A stretch of DNA of 64,000 nt from Antedon mediterranea. Its lineage: Eukaryota; Animalia; Echinodermata. The position numbers and the translations under genes are program-made. Each line of letters starts with the position of its first letter. The stretch's first letter is position 1. Location of the stretch: positions 1,478,201-1,542,200 of the forward strand of contig NC_092670.1 of the NCBI RefSeq assembly GCF_964355755.1, in the 5' to 3' direction. Shown piece by piece: positions 36,538 to 49,800 of this stretch. Under the pieces are notes generated by a model that had not been told where the DNA came from, searched no databases, and was given only the letters and a program-made list of their open reading frames with translations.

Positions 36538-38610
36538 TAAACAGTCAATTATGCGATAATATGTTTGTAGAATAATTTAGCACATAAATAAAAAAATAGA
36601 AGTTATCTTGAAAATTATATTATTAATATTGTATTGCAAATATTGACTTTTTAACAGAATCTACTACTAGTCCTAAATGCCTATTTTTGGTTTGAATGAA
36701 TATTATATGAAATGCTTGCCTTTGTTTTTAAAAAGCTTACCAGCTTTCCTTGCATGATTTTATTTTTGTTTATTATTTGTATTACTATTCTTTATATATA
36801 GTTTGCAGCAACATATAGCACTGTACACATAGATGTATGGTGACACACTTCAGATTTTGTTTTGAAGTTGTGTTTTTAGTTCACACAAGTTCTTAAAGTT
36901 TTTGTTTAAACTTTTTATAGTATAGTGTCTTTTGTTGTTTATTTTTGGTTTCGTTTACTCATTAGTATCGATTACTAAAATAAATATAAATGATTATGCC
37001 AATGATGAACTAATAGAAAAAAAAGGTATATAATAATTATTACCAATCAGTAGTTAATATTTGTAGAAATGTACTATAGAATATAATTGAAAATTTTTAA
37101 ACTATGCAGTTTTTTTAAGAATCAAAACAAATTTAAAAATAAATCAATGCAATTTTATCAGTAATATGCCTACATAATATGAATTATTCTAATTGTATGA
37201 CTGGTTAGTTAATCCAGAGTTACTACTGTATAATAATTATACTTGGTAATTGCCTTTTGTTATGTTAAAACTAGGTGTTTTTTTTTAGTTAATAGTATAT
37301 ATTATGTTCAGTGGTATTTGTGTTAGATGCTAGCTCTTTATAACTAGGCCTATATTTAATTTGTAACACATTATATACGTTATATATAATTTTATAATGG
37401 TATTTTAATAATTTTTTCGTAATATCTAATAGATAATGTTTTTAACATAAAGCAAACTTAATTTATCATGACCTCAGATAAATAACAAAGCATGCTTAGT
37501 TTTCTTTGTTTCAAATTGTATACTTAAATTAAGCAGTTTTAAGAAAGATGTTAATAAATAGGTTTCAAGTTTTTAATTTGTGTTATAAATAATTTATCTG
37601 CAAGTTTTGCTGCTCCCAAGCCTCAAAATGGCATTTGGCGCGCCATACGTATGCGGTAATTTTGTTTTAATGCAACAATGAACGTGTATTGGACGAGTGA
37701 TTACTATTATTAAATTGACCTTTTGGTTATGAAGTCCCGATATAGTTTGATTCGATCACAAACAGACGGGTTTAATGTTCCAATATTGAAGAAGAGAAGA
37801 ACGTTGGAAGGCTGCGGGTAGATAATACAGTAGGCCTAATAGTAGTACTGTATGTGATTGTTTTGTTGCCATTGATTAGTTTACAATAATGAATGTTCAT
37901 GAGTTGAAATATTGACTGTTCTATTTAACACGGTGTGTTAATAATATACCTACGAGGCGGTTGTAGACGATCCACCGTGTATAACTGGTATTTTAGGGTA
38001 CGTTGTTAGGCCTGTAAATAGGACGTGATTCCAAGGCAATCCAACAGGACACAGTGAGCTCGCCATTTGATATTATGTCTGGCTACGACAAAATTACGTT
38101 CGAAGCGGCCGCCAACCAAAGCGTTCAATAACGTAATCTGTATGGAACACCGTGTGCGCTTTCATAGTCGCTATTGGCCCATGTGCTTTAATCTGTTATC
38201 GTGATCGTTGTTTGGACAGGTTTTCTTTACCTCGGACGTAAATAACAATTTAAATACATTATTATGTAATTTATTCAGTCTCCTTTTATTATGTACTTCT
38301 CCGCGGCGCTTGGTGCCTGTTATTATAAAGGGTGTGGAACTGATCGTGTCGCAGCCACAGATAAACTCTTTGATCTCCGAAGCTCAACATCCTGCTGTTA
38401 GATTGCCTTGGTCATACCCAGACTGATGTTAAGAGGTGTAAGTAGAGGTGCTGAACTTAAAACTATTTTTGTATTACTATTATTGAGATATTATTGGTTG
38501 AATACAAAGGTGTTCCATGCTCGTCTTTTACAATCAGCCTACGCTCATATCTGTTTTTGTTTTCCAAAAATGTCCAGAAAATAATTGTTATAGGCTATGA
38601 CCCTAAAAAC

Positions 38611-41600
38611 ATGGATGACTTGCTGGATGAAGGAAAAACAAACAGATACTTTCAAGAATGCGCCGAAAGTCTCGAAAGATTCGGAATTTCCCCAGAATTA
38701 GGATTTGTTGTTGAGAACCCACTGGTAATTATTATTAATATTATTATTATAGTTAATTATCTTTCGACCTACGTCGCCAGCAAGGACCAATGATTCGTTA
38801 AACTTTATCGAGGTCAAGTGACGTCCAAATGTCCCCGCAAGCGCAGGAATAAGGATGACGTAACTAAGGTCCTAGGTTTTAACAAATTGAAAGCTTTATA
38901 ATCTTAACGGTTAACCAGAATGGTAACTTTACATTCATTTGAAAACTCATGAATATCTTACGACCACACATGTACGTTGTGGCGTTGGCGATGGTAATTG
39001 ATGATGTTGGTGGTAATGATGGTGTTGGCAGCGTTGATGGTGATGGTGATTCCAAAGTGCCCATCAATTTCAGTCAATTAGTTTCGCTAAGTAGCCTACC
39101 AAATAAGGTATGGTGACTGAAGTTGCTATGATGTCAAGGAGATAGGTAAAGCGAAGCATTCTCGTTTTATCTATGCGGGTATATTTTTCAGTGTATACCA
39201 CGATTTTGTTGTGAACGAGCCTCCGTTTTAAAATAAGGATTTTATTATTATTATAACAAACTATATATTTAACGCGCGATTTATCAAATTTTACCCTTAC
39301 GGAAATGTATATATAGATAATACCACAATGTTTGTTTGCTGTACACGTTGATTTGATGTATTTTCCTCTTTTTTTAAAGCAATCTCTACCACAGAAGTTT
39401 AGTATTTGGGAAGAACTTGCAAAAAATCTAAAAGATCTTATTGAAAGTGCTACACTTAGAGATGAAGTCAATAAGGTAACACACTTTACGTTTACATTGT
39501 GTTGTTTTGTATTTGTTTCTAAAAAAATCTATTTCAATTTATAGAATTAATTTTTCCGTGTTTGCCTTGTTTTAGATGCCGTTTTTACATCATGAGCTTC
39601 TCCAATCCCACAATGAACTGCGGTTTGCCCATACATGTTTGACGGCTGTGTTGCATGGTTACGTGTGGATGAAAGGCGAAAAAGATATTGTATCGGTGAG
39701 GATCATAGGTCTATATCTGAAATTGATAGTAAATTGTGAATTAAAATAAAACTCTTCGATAGTAATATAACTTGGTTCTTCTACATACATACGTACAAAT
39801 CAACAATTTGCGTTGCGTCCTATTGGTCCTATTGGTCCTATTGGTCCTATTGGTCCTATTGGTCCTATTGGTCCAAACAAAAATCATGATAATGTATTAA
39901 CTTCACTTACGTGTACGTAAGTTCTCAAAATACGTCACAAATATGGAAGTTGTGTGCAGTGTTTATTATTTCTATTTCCTTTTATCATTAAAAACAACAA
40001 TTGATATTTTAGACAGTTCCACGAAACTTAGCAGTGCCCGTGTATGGAATTTCAGAAAGACTAGGGATCGAGCCGGTGTAAGATTGAAATGTGTCCATCA
40101 TTCAAAAGTGTCCGGGTGGACACTTTTCAGCATTGGATAGTGTCCAATTGCATGTTTCAACGGGTTCGCGGGCGTTTTCCAACAATTTAATGCTGTCCGG
40201 CGCGTTTAATAATGTCTGACCCTTGGATTGAATACCGTCCGTGGTTGAGATTTGAGATTCAGGTTTTGATCGTGATTGCGCATGCACTTGTCTTTTTTTA
40301 ACGACCACTATTTGTTAATAATGCCAAACTAGTTTTTATTTTTCAAAGATAACTTGGCTTAAAACACCTCCAATTAGCGACCATTATATTATTTGGTATG
40401 AATAAAGACAAGAAGAATAAATAACAATATAATAATAATCATGTAATAAAAACAAGTAATTATACTGGTCCTCTTCCAATTAAAGAACACTTTAGTTTAG
40501 ACACTTCCAATTAGCGACCATTTTTATTGTTTTGTATGAGTAAAGACAAGAGTAATAATAGTTTTTAATCATGTGACAAAAAACAAGTAATTGTACTGGT
40601 CCTCTTCCAATTAAAGATCACTTAAAATTAAACACTTCCAATTAGCGACCGTTTTATTATTTTGTATGAGTAAAGACAAGAATAATAAATAGTTTATAAT
40701 CATGTGATAAAAAACAAGTAATTGTACTGGTCCTCTTCCAATTAAAGATCACTTAAATTTAAACACTTCCAATTAGCGACCGTTATTATTGTTTTGTATG
40801 AATAGAAACAAGAAGAATAAATAGATTTTAATCATGTGATAAAAAACAAGCAATTGTACTGGTCCTCTTCCAATTAAAGATCACTTTAATTTAAACACTT
40901 CCAATTAGCGACCGTTATATTATTTTGTATGAATAAAGGCAAGAATAATAAATAGATTTTAATCATATGACAAAAAACAAGTAATTGTACTGGTCCTCTT
41001 TCAATTAAAGATCACTTTACTTTAAGACACTTCCAATTAGCGACCGTTATATTGTTTTGTATGAGTACAGACAAGAAGAATAAATAGATTTTAATCATGT
41101 GATAAAAAACAAGTAATTGTACTGGTCCTCTTCCAATTAAAGGTCACTTTACTGTAAGACACTTCCAATTAGCGACCGTTATATTATTTTGTATGAGTAC
41201 AGACAAGAAGAATAAATAGATTTTAATCATGTGATAAAAAATAAGTAATTGTACTGGTCCTCTTCCAATTAAAGGTCACTTTACTTCAAGAAACTTCCAT
41301 TTAGCGACCGTTATATTATTTTGTATGAATAAAGACAAGAATAATAAATAGTTTATAATCATGTGATATAAAATAAGTAATTGTACGGGTACTCTTCCAA
41401 TTAAAGGTCACTTTACTGTAAGACACTTCCAATTAGCGACCGTTATATTATTTTGTATGAGTACAGACAAGAAGAATAAATAGATTTTAATCATGTGATA
41501 AAAAACAAGTAATTGTACTGGTCCTCTTCCAATGAAAGATCACTTTACTTTAAGACACTTCCAATTAGCGACCGTTATATTATTTTTTATGAATAAAAAC

Positions 41601-43816
41601 AAGAAGCATAAATAGTTTATAATCATGTGATATAAAATAAGTAATTGTACTGGTCCTCTTCCAATTAAAGGTCACTTTACTGTAAGACACCTCCAATTAG
41701 CGACCGTTATATTATTTTGTATGAGTACAGACAATTAGAAGAATAAATAGATTTTAATCATGTGATAAAAAACAAGTAATTGTACTGGTCCTCTTCCAAT
41801 GAAAGATCACTTTACTTTAAGACACTTCCATTTAGCGACCGTTATATTATTTTGTATGAGTACAGACAAGAAGAATAAATAGATTTTAATCATGTGATAA
41901 AAAACAAGTAATTGTACTGGTCCTCTTCCAATTAAAGATCACTTTACTTTAAGACACTTCCAATTAGCGACCGTTATATTATTTTGTATGAGTACAGACA
42001 AGAAGAATAAATAGATTTTAATCATGTGATAAAAAATAAGTAATTGTACTGGTCCTCTTCCAATTAAAGGTCACTTTACTGTAAGACACTTCCATTTAGC
42101 GACCGTTATATTATTTTGTATGAGTACAGACAAGAAGAATGAATAGATTTTATTCATGTGATAAAAAACAAGTAATTGTACTGGTCCTCTTCCAATGAAA
42201 GATCACTTTACTTTAAAACACTTCCAATTAGCGACCGTTATATTATTTTTTATGAATAAAAACAAGAAGCATAAATAGTTTATAATCATGTGATATAAAA
42301 TAAGTAATTGTACTGGTCCTCTTCCAATTAAAGGTCACTTTACTGTAAGACACCTCCAATTAGCGACCGTTATATTATTTTGTATGAGTACAGACAATTA
42401 GAAGAATAAATAGATTTTAATCATGTGATAAAAAACAAGTAATTGTACTGGTCCTCTTCCAATGAAAGATCACTTTACTTTAAGACACTTCCATTTAGCG
42501 ACCGTTATATTATTTTGTATGAGTACAGACAAGAAGAATAAATAGATTTTAATCATGTGATAAAAAACAAGTAATTGTACTGGTCCTCTTCCAATTAAAG
42601 ATCACTTTACTTTAAGACACTTCCAATTAGCGACCGTTATATTATTTTGTATGAGTACAGACAAGAAGAATAAATAGATTTTAATCATGTGATAAAAAAT
42701 AAGTAATTGTACTGGTCCTTTTCCAATTAAAGGTCACTTTACTTTAAGACACTTCCATTTAGCGACCGTTATATTATTTTGTATGAATAAAGACAAGAAG
42801 AATAAATACTAGTTAAGACAAGAAGAATAAATAGTTTATAATCATGTGATAAAAAACAAGTAATTGTACGGGTCCTCTTCCAATTATAGATCACTTTAGT
42901 TTAAACACTTCCAATTAGCGACCGTTATATTATTTTGTACGAGTAAAGACAAGAAGAATAAATAGTTTACTTGTTTAATCCCCAATCAATTAAAAGTTGC
43001 ACCTTTTTATAATCAACACGATATAGCTGATCTCTTGAAAAAACATAATCAGTTTTACTGAAGTATTATGTTAATTGGTACATTGATCGTCACATCGAGA
43101 ATATGGTAGGGGTGTCACACTATGTGCGTCTAGGGTGAATGCAAAGATAATGACATCGATATAGCGCCACATCAACACGTTTTTATGCACCTTTGGTGTA
43201 AGTATTTATTTTAGTATTTTGTCCTTAAATCAGAATTTATATTCAAAGAAAAAATGACTTGTTATGTAAAAAAACAACAATTCGGTATCTGGAATCTTAA
43301 AATTAATGTATCTATAAAAATAATTAATATGGGATAGGCCTGAGACCTCATACATTTGTTAATAGGGCTACTTTATTGAACCTTCATTTTATCGGATGTT
43401 ATAAGAACGCTTGCTTCAACCGATTCTTTTTTTGAACAGCATTTTGTTTAAAGGCGATTGTGTTATTTTCAATGTTTAATAAACTTCTGGAATTTCAGAG
43501 AAACCCATTTTAATAAACAAAAGCTTCTTATAAAATGTGCTTACTGGATAATGTTTCATACATGTTTGGCTGGTTCAAATTTACTTTACTTTTGCTTTTC
43601 CGCTACTCCCCTGTTATACTATATATTTGTTGTTATGTAGAAAGATTGAAAATAAATTCATTCATTCATTCTTCTTTTATTTCGGAAAAAAAAAATTCTC
43701 CATAGTTCAGTAACAAGTGTACATTATTGTAAATATAACAAATACATATACATATATATATATATATATAATATATATGTATTTGTTATATTTACAATAA
43801 TGTACACTTGTTACTG

Positions 43817-43851
<35 letters not shown>

Positions 43852-46800
43852 TGTGTTCCAACCGTACCACGCCGAGAATGTTAAAGGGTCGTTATCCGGT
43901 CGAGTTAAAGAACAATACCATGAAAGCCCCAGTGGTCTAATGGTTAGGGCAACTGCATATCAAGCCGACGGTCCGAGTTCGAGCCTCGGTTGGGGCGACT
44001 TTTTCTCATTCTCTCAGATTTCCTCATCTTTATCGTTTCAAAAATTAATTAAATCATTTTCAGTGTATCACCGGGCGGTTTGGAATTTATTTCTATGCCT
44101 GTTGTGTTTACAACTGAGGACTAGTGCTGTTCCGCCGTACCACGCCGAGAATGTTAAAGAGTCGCTATCCAATCGAGTTCGAACCGTGAAAGCCCCAGTG
44201 GTCTAACGGTTAGGACATCTGCATATCAAGCAGGCGGTCCGAGTTCGAGTCTCGGTTGGGGCGACTTTAACTCATTCTCACAGATTTCCTCATCTTTATC
44301 GTTTCAAATTAATTAATTAAATTTCAGTATATTACCGGGCGGTTTAGAATTAATGTTCTATGCTACATAGTCACGTGGTTAGAACAATAGTTTCATATAT
44401 CTACTATGTAGATTGGATGAAGGAAAAGCAAATTCATGAATACATTACAAATAAATGTATGAATTGTGAATTACAAAAATATTAAATGTTGTTGTCTTGT
44501 CAGAATGAGTTGTAAATATGAACGAGTTTTGTAAACATAAATTATATATCATTGATCATTACTTATATTAACAGGATAAAATAATAATAGTGTAATAATA
44601 ATGAACAATAGTTACAGAAAAATATTTATTTATTTATTTATTTATTGCTATTAAAACTTGTTTCAGTAAGTGTGTTTGTATTTATTTTACTTTGTTATCA
44701 TCATTGGTCTGGCTACCAATACATTGGAAGCACGCAAGCCTCGCTACCACGTCAAGGTTGATGATCATAGCGAGGGTAGGTTGCACGTTTGTATGTGCCC
44801 CTTTGACCAAAGAAAACATATTATAGAAGAAAATTGCATAACATTATGAAACAGAATCATATGAGTTGTAAATATGAAAAAGTTTTTTAAACATAAAAAT
44901 ACAATAAAAATAAACACTAGTTACAATCTAATTCACGTACTTTTACCTTACCGGACCTTTAGTCGCGTTATTCTTTTATACAATCTGCTTTTTAATTAAT
45001 TTTTTAATCCTTGTAGCGATCAAAGCAGGGCGCATGACACATCATTGCATGTTTACACTGGACACACTGTATTTGATCTGTTGTTACCTGCCATTAGACC
45101 CCTTGAGCCTTTGACGTACTTATGCTCAGATATTCGTCTTCCGTTGATTCAATGAAAGATGGTGACGCTTTAATTAGCCGCTGTGGTGAATCTATGTTCT
45201 TCTTTCTGGTCCGACAAATGCAATTGGTATTTCTTCGTCGATGAGTTTCAGACAAAGCCGACAATCTCCTCTTGACGGAAGCACCTGTAAAAAATCAAAG
45301 CATTAACGAAACTTACCTCTATAAGGTAAACAAATACCCTTTTCACCATTTAATGCTTCTGTGTATGTTGAGATTACCGGTCATAGGTAGGCCTACAGTT
45401 AAAGAGTGACGTTGTATGAATCAACATATAATTGTCCAGGTACTTCATTGTTGCTCTGATGAATCCTTTCCGGGAAATGTTCCATGTCACAAAGATTCAA
45501 TTTTTTCAAATAGGTTTTTGTTCATGGACATATAGTTTAGTATGTAATCCCGTACAACTACATGGTAGTTCTGGACACCAAAGAGAATATAACTCAAAGC
45601 CCTAAAAAGACAGTTGCCGTCCCCTCTCATATTAACAACTTTAGTAGGCCTGGCTGCCTTGTCCATTTCACATTTTAAGTGAGTTTTGTGAAAATTTTTG
45701 ACATTGATACCAAATGGTGCTGCCTTTTCAAGCTGCCAATTGGCATCGACAGGAAAGAATAACTTTCTTGAAGTTTTCGTGTTGAGGTATACCACATCAC
45801 TATCAGATACAGGCCTACTGTTGTCATGGTCATCATCCGGTGCGACATTATCATTGTCTAATGTAGGTATGTTATCGTGATTATCCAGTGTGATATCATC
45901 GTTCTTGGATGTAGGTATGTTAATGTGATCATCCGGTGTGATATCATAATTCTTGGATGTAGGTCTGTTATCGTTATCATCAACATTCTTGGATGTAGGT
46001 ATGTTAATAATGTGATCATCCGGTGTGATATCACCATTCTTGGATGTAGGTATGTTATCATGGTGCGTTACTTCAGGTGGGATGTCTGGCGTTCGCTTTC
46101 GTTTCTTTGGAGGGAGATGCTTATCATTGGTATTACATTTCTGTTTAGTGCTTGATGATGGACAGTTCAAAGAGGTTGTTTTATCGGACTTGTAATGTCT
46201 GATCTTGTTTCCGTTAACAATAGCCCTTCTTCCTTTTAGTCGATATGTATTGTGAGTGAGGACTTTTTCTATAATATATGGACCAGTCCATCGAGCATTA
46301 AGTTTGCCTCCCTTTCTTGACAAATTTCTGGAATTCTGCAAGAGCACTTGATCTCCTGCATAGTACGTGTTGCTTTTAACACCAGCATCATGATAATGTT
46401 TTTGCTTTTTCTGTGCTTTTTTGATATTTTCTGATGCCTTTCTCCTTGAATCTTTGAGTTTCAAAAAAGCGTCCACTCTTATTTTTAAAGGAACAGTTCC
46501 GGATATGTCATCTTTATTAGACGAAACGATGGGAATACGTAATTCTACAGGCAACACAGCCTTTCTACCGTAAACTAATGAGAATGGGTCACATTTCGTA
46601 GACTTGTGCTCGGATGTTCTGTAGGCAAACAACACGTATGGGAGTTGTATATCCCAGTCATTTTGGTCTGCGTTGGTCAACGTCATAAGCATTGTGCAAA
46701 GTGTTCTGTTAAAGCGCTCCGTTTGCCCGCCTGTTTGAGGATGGTATGGTGAGGCAACTCTGTGGTCTACCCCAATCAGCTTACAGAAGCTGTCATTCAG

Positions 46801-49800
46801 CTCATTACAAAACTCTCTACCCTGGTCTGTAATCAATATAGAAGGTGTTCCATGTCTGCAGACAAAATCAATAAAAGATCTCAGCACTGTTTTAGCAGAT
46901 TTATCTGGAATTGCATCAGCTTCCACCCATTTGGTAAGGTACTCCGTAAATACAAGTAAGTACCGATTACCTGAAACACAGCAAATAATAATATAATAAG
47001 CCGTAATAATAGTAGTGTCAAAATGTCATGATGAGATGTACAACACCCGAACTGTACGAATGAAATAACAATAATAATAACAATATTAATATCAATAAAT
47101 ATAATAAGAACAAGAACAATAATAATATCGTGGATTTACATAGCGCCTAATGTTGTAAAACCTCTATGCGCTGAACAGTATTACCCCAGTCATGGTTTGG
47201 ATCAAATTAAAACAGGCAGAAATAAAGATTATTACAGTATAGCCATAATCGATGTAAATCCGGTGACAATAATAAGAGCATCTGATTCTTGGTAAATCTA
47301 GTTTTTGTTGACAGTGTAAAAAAGAGAATTGTCATAATTTTAGTTTAGTTAACAATTTCAAGAAACCTCACAGAAATTGCGCTTGTGCCTTTACAATAAT
47401 AAATTTAAGTTCAGCCCTATTACAATAAAGGCCGAACAGAACTAATTATTAACTGTAATTTTAGGCCCTGAAGAATGAATTACAAAGTTTTCTGAACGTA
47501 TTTCATTCATGTCTTCTTGCTTTTTACTTTTACGTTTTGATTTAGCTTTTTTATCCAGTCACAGCATTTTTGTTTTTCAGTAATTTGTCATGAGATACCT
47601 TACCATTTTCTGTCTTTACCAAAGGCCCAACAATATCCATACCGATCTGTCTGAAAGCAGTATCTGTTACGGGTATAGGTTGAAGTGGCACTTTTGCTTT
47701 TTTTAAAACTTCTTTCCGTTGGCACTGATCACAGGCGGCTATAAAATTACGAACACCATCAAATGACCCCTTCCAATAATACCTTTCGCGTATCTTTTTC
47801 CAACTGTTAAAAAAAAAAAAAAATGTGTTTATTGTATTGATGATATTCAATCTCTTTGTAGGTTTACTATTGACCTTAAAACTGTATTATGGATTCTTTA
47901 AATATTTTAATTTTATTTTGTTTTTTAATATTATTTATTATTTATTACCGCAGTTCACATCACCATTCTCATCAATGCATTATAATAACATTACAGTTTG
48001 GCGTTCCATATATTTTAACTTTTCGTTTAAGGCAAGCACTGGGCACAACTGATTAATTAACTTTTAATATTTATCTATGTTTCTAGTTTTTTTATTTGAC
48101 AATGATAAATGAATATTGAAAAGAGAAAAGATACCTTCTATGAAAAATGTCCATCAGTCCGTGATGATTCCGTGTCACATTGTACCAGGGAGATTTACAT
48201 CTCCCTGATTGTACCGTGTTTACATTCTAAATACCCCCATATAAACTTCAAATTGAGTGCAGCCTCCCATACAAAATAACTACGCCCTCAATCTGGTAAT
48301 AATTCACTCAGGCAATAAAAAACTAACTTGAAAAGTATAAATAATTAATTGTCCTACTAGAATTATTGTGTACGCTTGGTGAATGTGCGACAGAGTAGAT
48401 ATAAAAATCGCCACTTTTTTTTTAAAATAAACAAGGGGAAATATATACGTTTTAACACTACATACTGGTTAAATTTATTTATTTTTAAAATGTAGAGGAC
48501 ACCCTATTAAGGAAACCGGGTACTTTTTAGTGAGCCACAATGGTAGATTGCGAGAGGTAGTGGTCCTTTAAAATAGGTGGTCACTTACGAAAGATGTGGT
48601 CGATAAGGGAGGTGGTCGCTTACGATATGTGATCGATTATGAGAAGCGGTCTCCTAACAGAGAGGTCGTTTATTAGAAGTGGTCACTTAAGAGAGGTGAT
48701 TTATACAAGAGTTGGTATATTATGAGAAGCGGTCCATTTAGAGATATGGTGGTCTTCTAAAAGAGATCATCACTTACGAGAGGCGGTCGAAAATATAAAG
48801 CGGTCGCTTACGAGAGTTGTGGTTGTTAAGAGAGGTGGTCGCTTACTACGAGAGGTGGTCGATTATGAGAAGCGGTCCATAATGAGAGGATGTGATCACT
48901 TACAATAGTTGGTCGATTATGGGAAGCGATCCCTTAACAGAGACGATGGCCGTTTAATAGAGGTGGTCACCCAAAAAAGTTGTCGTTACGAGAGAGGAAG
49001 TCGATTATGAGAAACGGTCCCTTAAAAGAGTTGGTTGCTTACGATGTGTGGTCGTTTTAGAAAGTTGGTCGGTTACGAGACGTGGATAGATGGATAGCTA
49101 AGTAAACAGATGCATTTGCACATGATTTAGACATTTAGGTTTGTAAAATATATATTTTCTACATTAGCTGGCGATAGTCCTACATTAGCTGGGATGCAAT
49201 TTTCGTTCCTACATTCGTTGTTGATCGTTCTACATGGTGTTAATTTTTTTCATTACATAAGCTGCAGGTGGTTTTACTCCATTACCGGGGGATTGGAAAC
49301 TAGTTTTGTTATTGAAAATGCGTTTTTTTTAAAGAAGTATTCCCTAAAAAAAAATGTAATAATCCACTTTAAAGTTACATAATAAAAGTCTTCTTCCTTA
49401 CATTTTTTTTGTCAAATTGTGTTTTCTTTCATAAGTATACATTTTAAACGAACGAAAGTTAATACTGATATGGCTTTTTGCATTATGAATGAGCAACTAA
49501 TATTGAACATATTTATTATACCAAGACCTGAATAAGTTTTCATTCGGGAAGTATTTGTATCACTATTTAAAACTAAGATATCTCTCATGAGGGATATCTC
49601 TATATTACTTACTTACCAAGATATTTAGAATGGAAGATTCTTGTCCCATTCGGAATATCACAAGTGGATTTTTTTCTGTGTTAGTTATGCAGTGGGCACG
49701 TGTAGAGTACCGTATATGAACTGTTATAAAACTAAAACATTACTATTATAGATAGAGCTAGTTGTACTGTATTCTTCTTGGTTTTTCGAGGTGTAATAAG

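Noticed and set aside
40076-40084. Precise splicing-out of the Ginger element using the GTAAGA donor in its left end
   Set aside because: That donor is phase 2, while the nearest right-end acceptors (ending ~54362, ~54398 and 54422) are phase 1, so the frame is not restored. Only a weak phase-0 route remains.
40365-42968. CRISPR-like array
   Set aside because: Whole units repeat with no unique spacers, there are no cas genes, and the context is eukaryotic. The same applies to 22501-22830 and 60453-60698.
44192-44263. Bona fide cytosolic tRNA-Asp gene
   Set aside because: The body does not resemble tRNA-Asp, the loop starts with A rather than a pyrimidine, and the ATC anticodon is non-standard. 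Kept only as tRNA-like.
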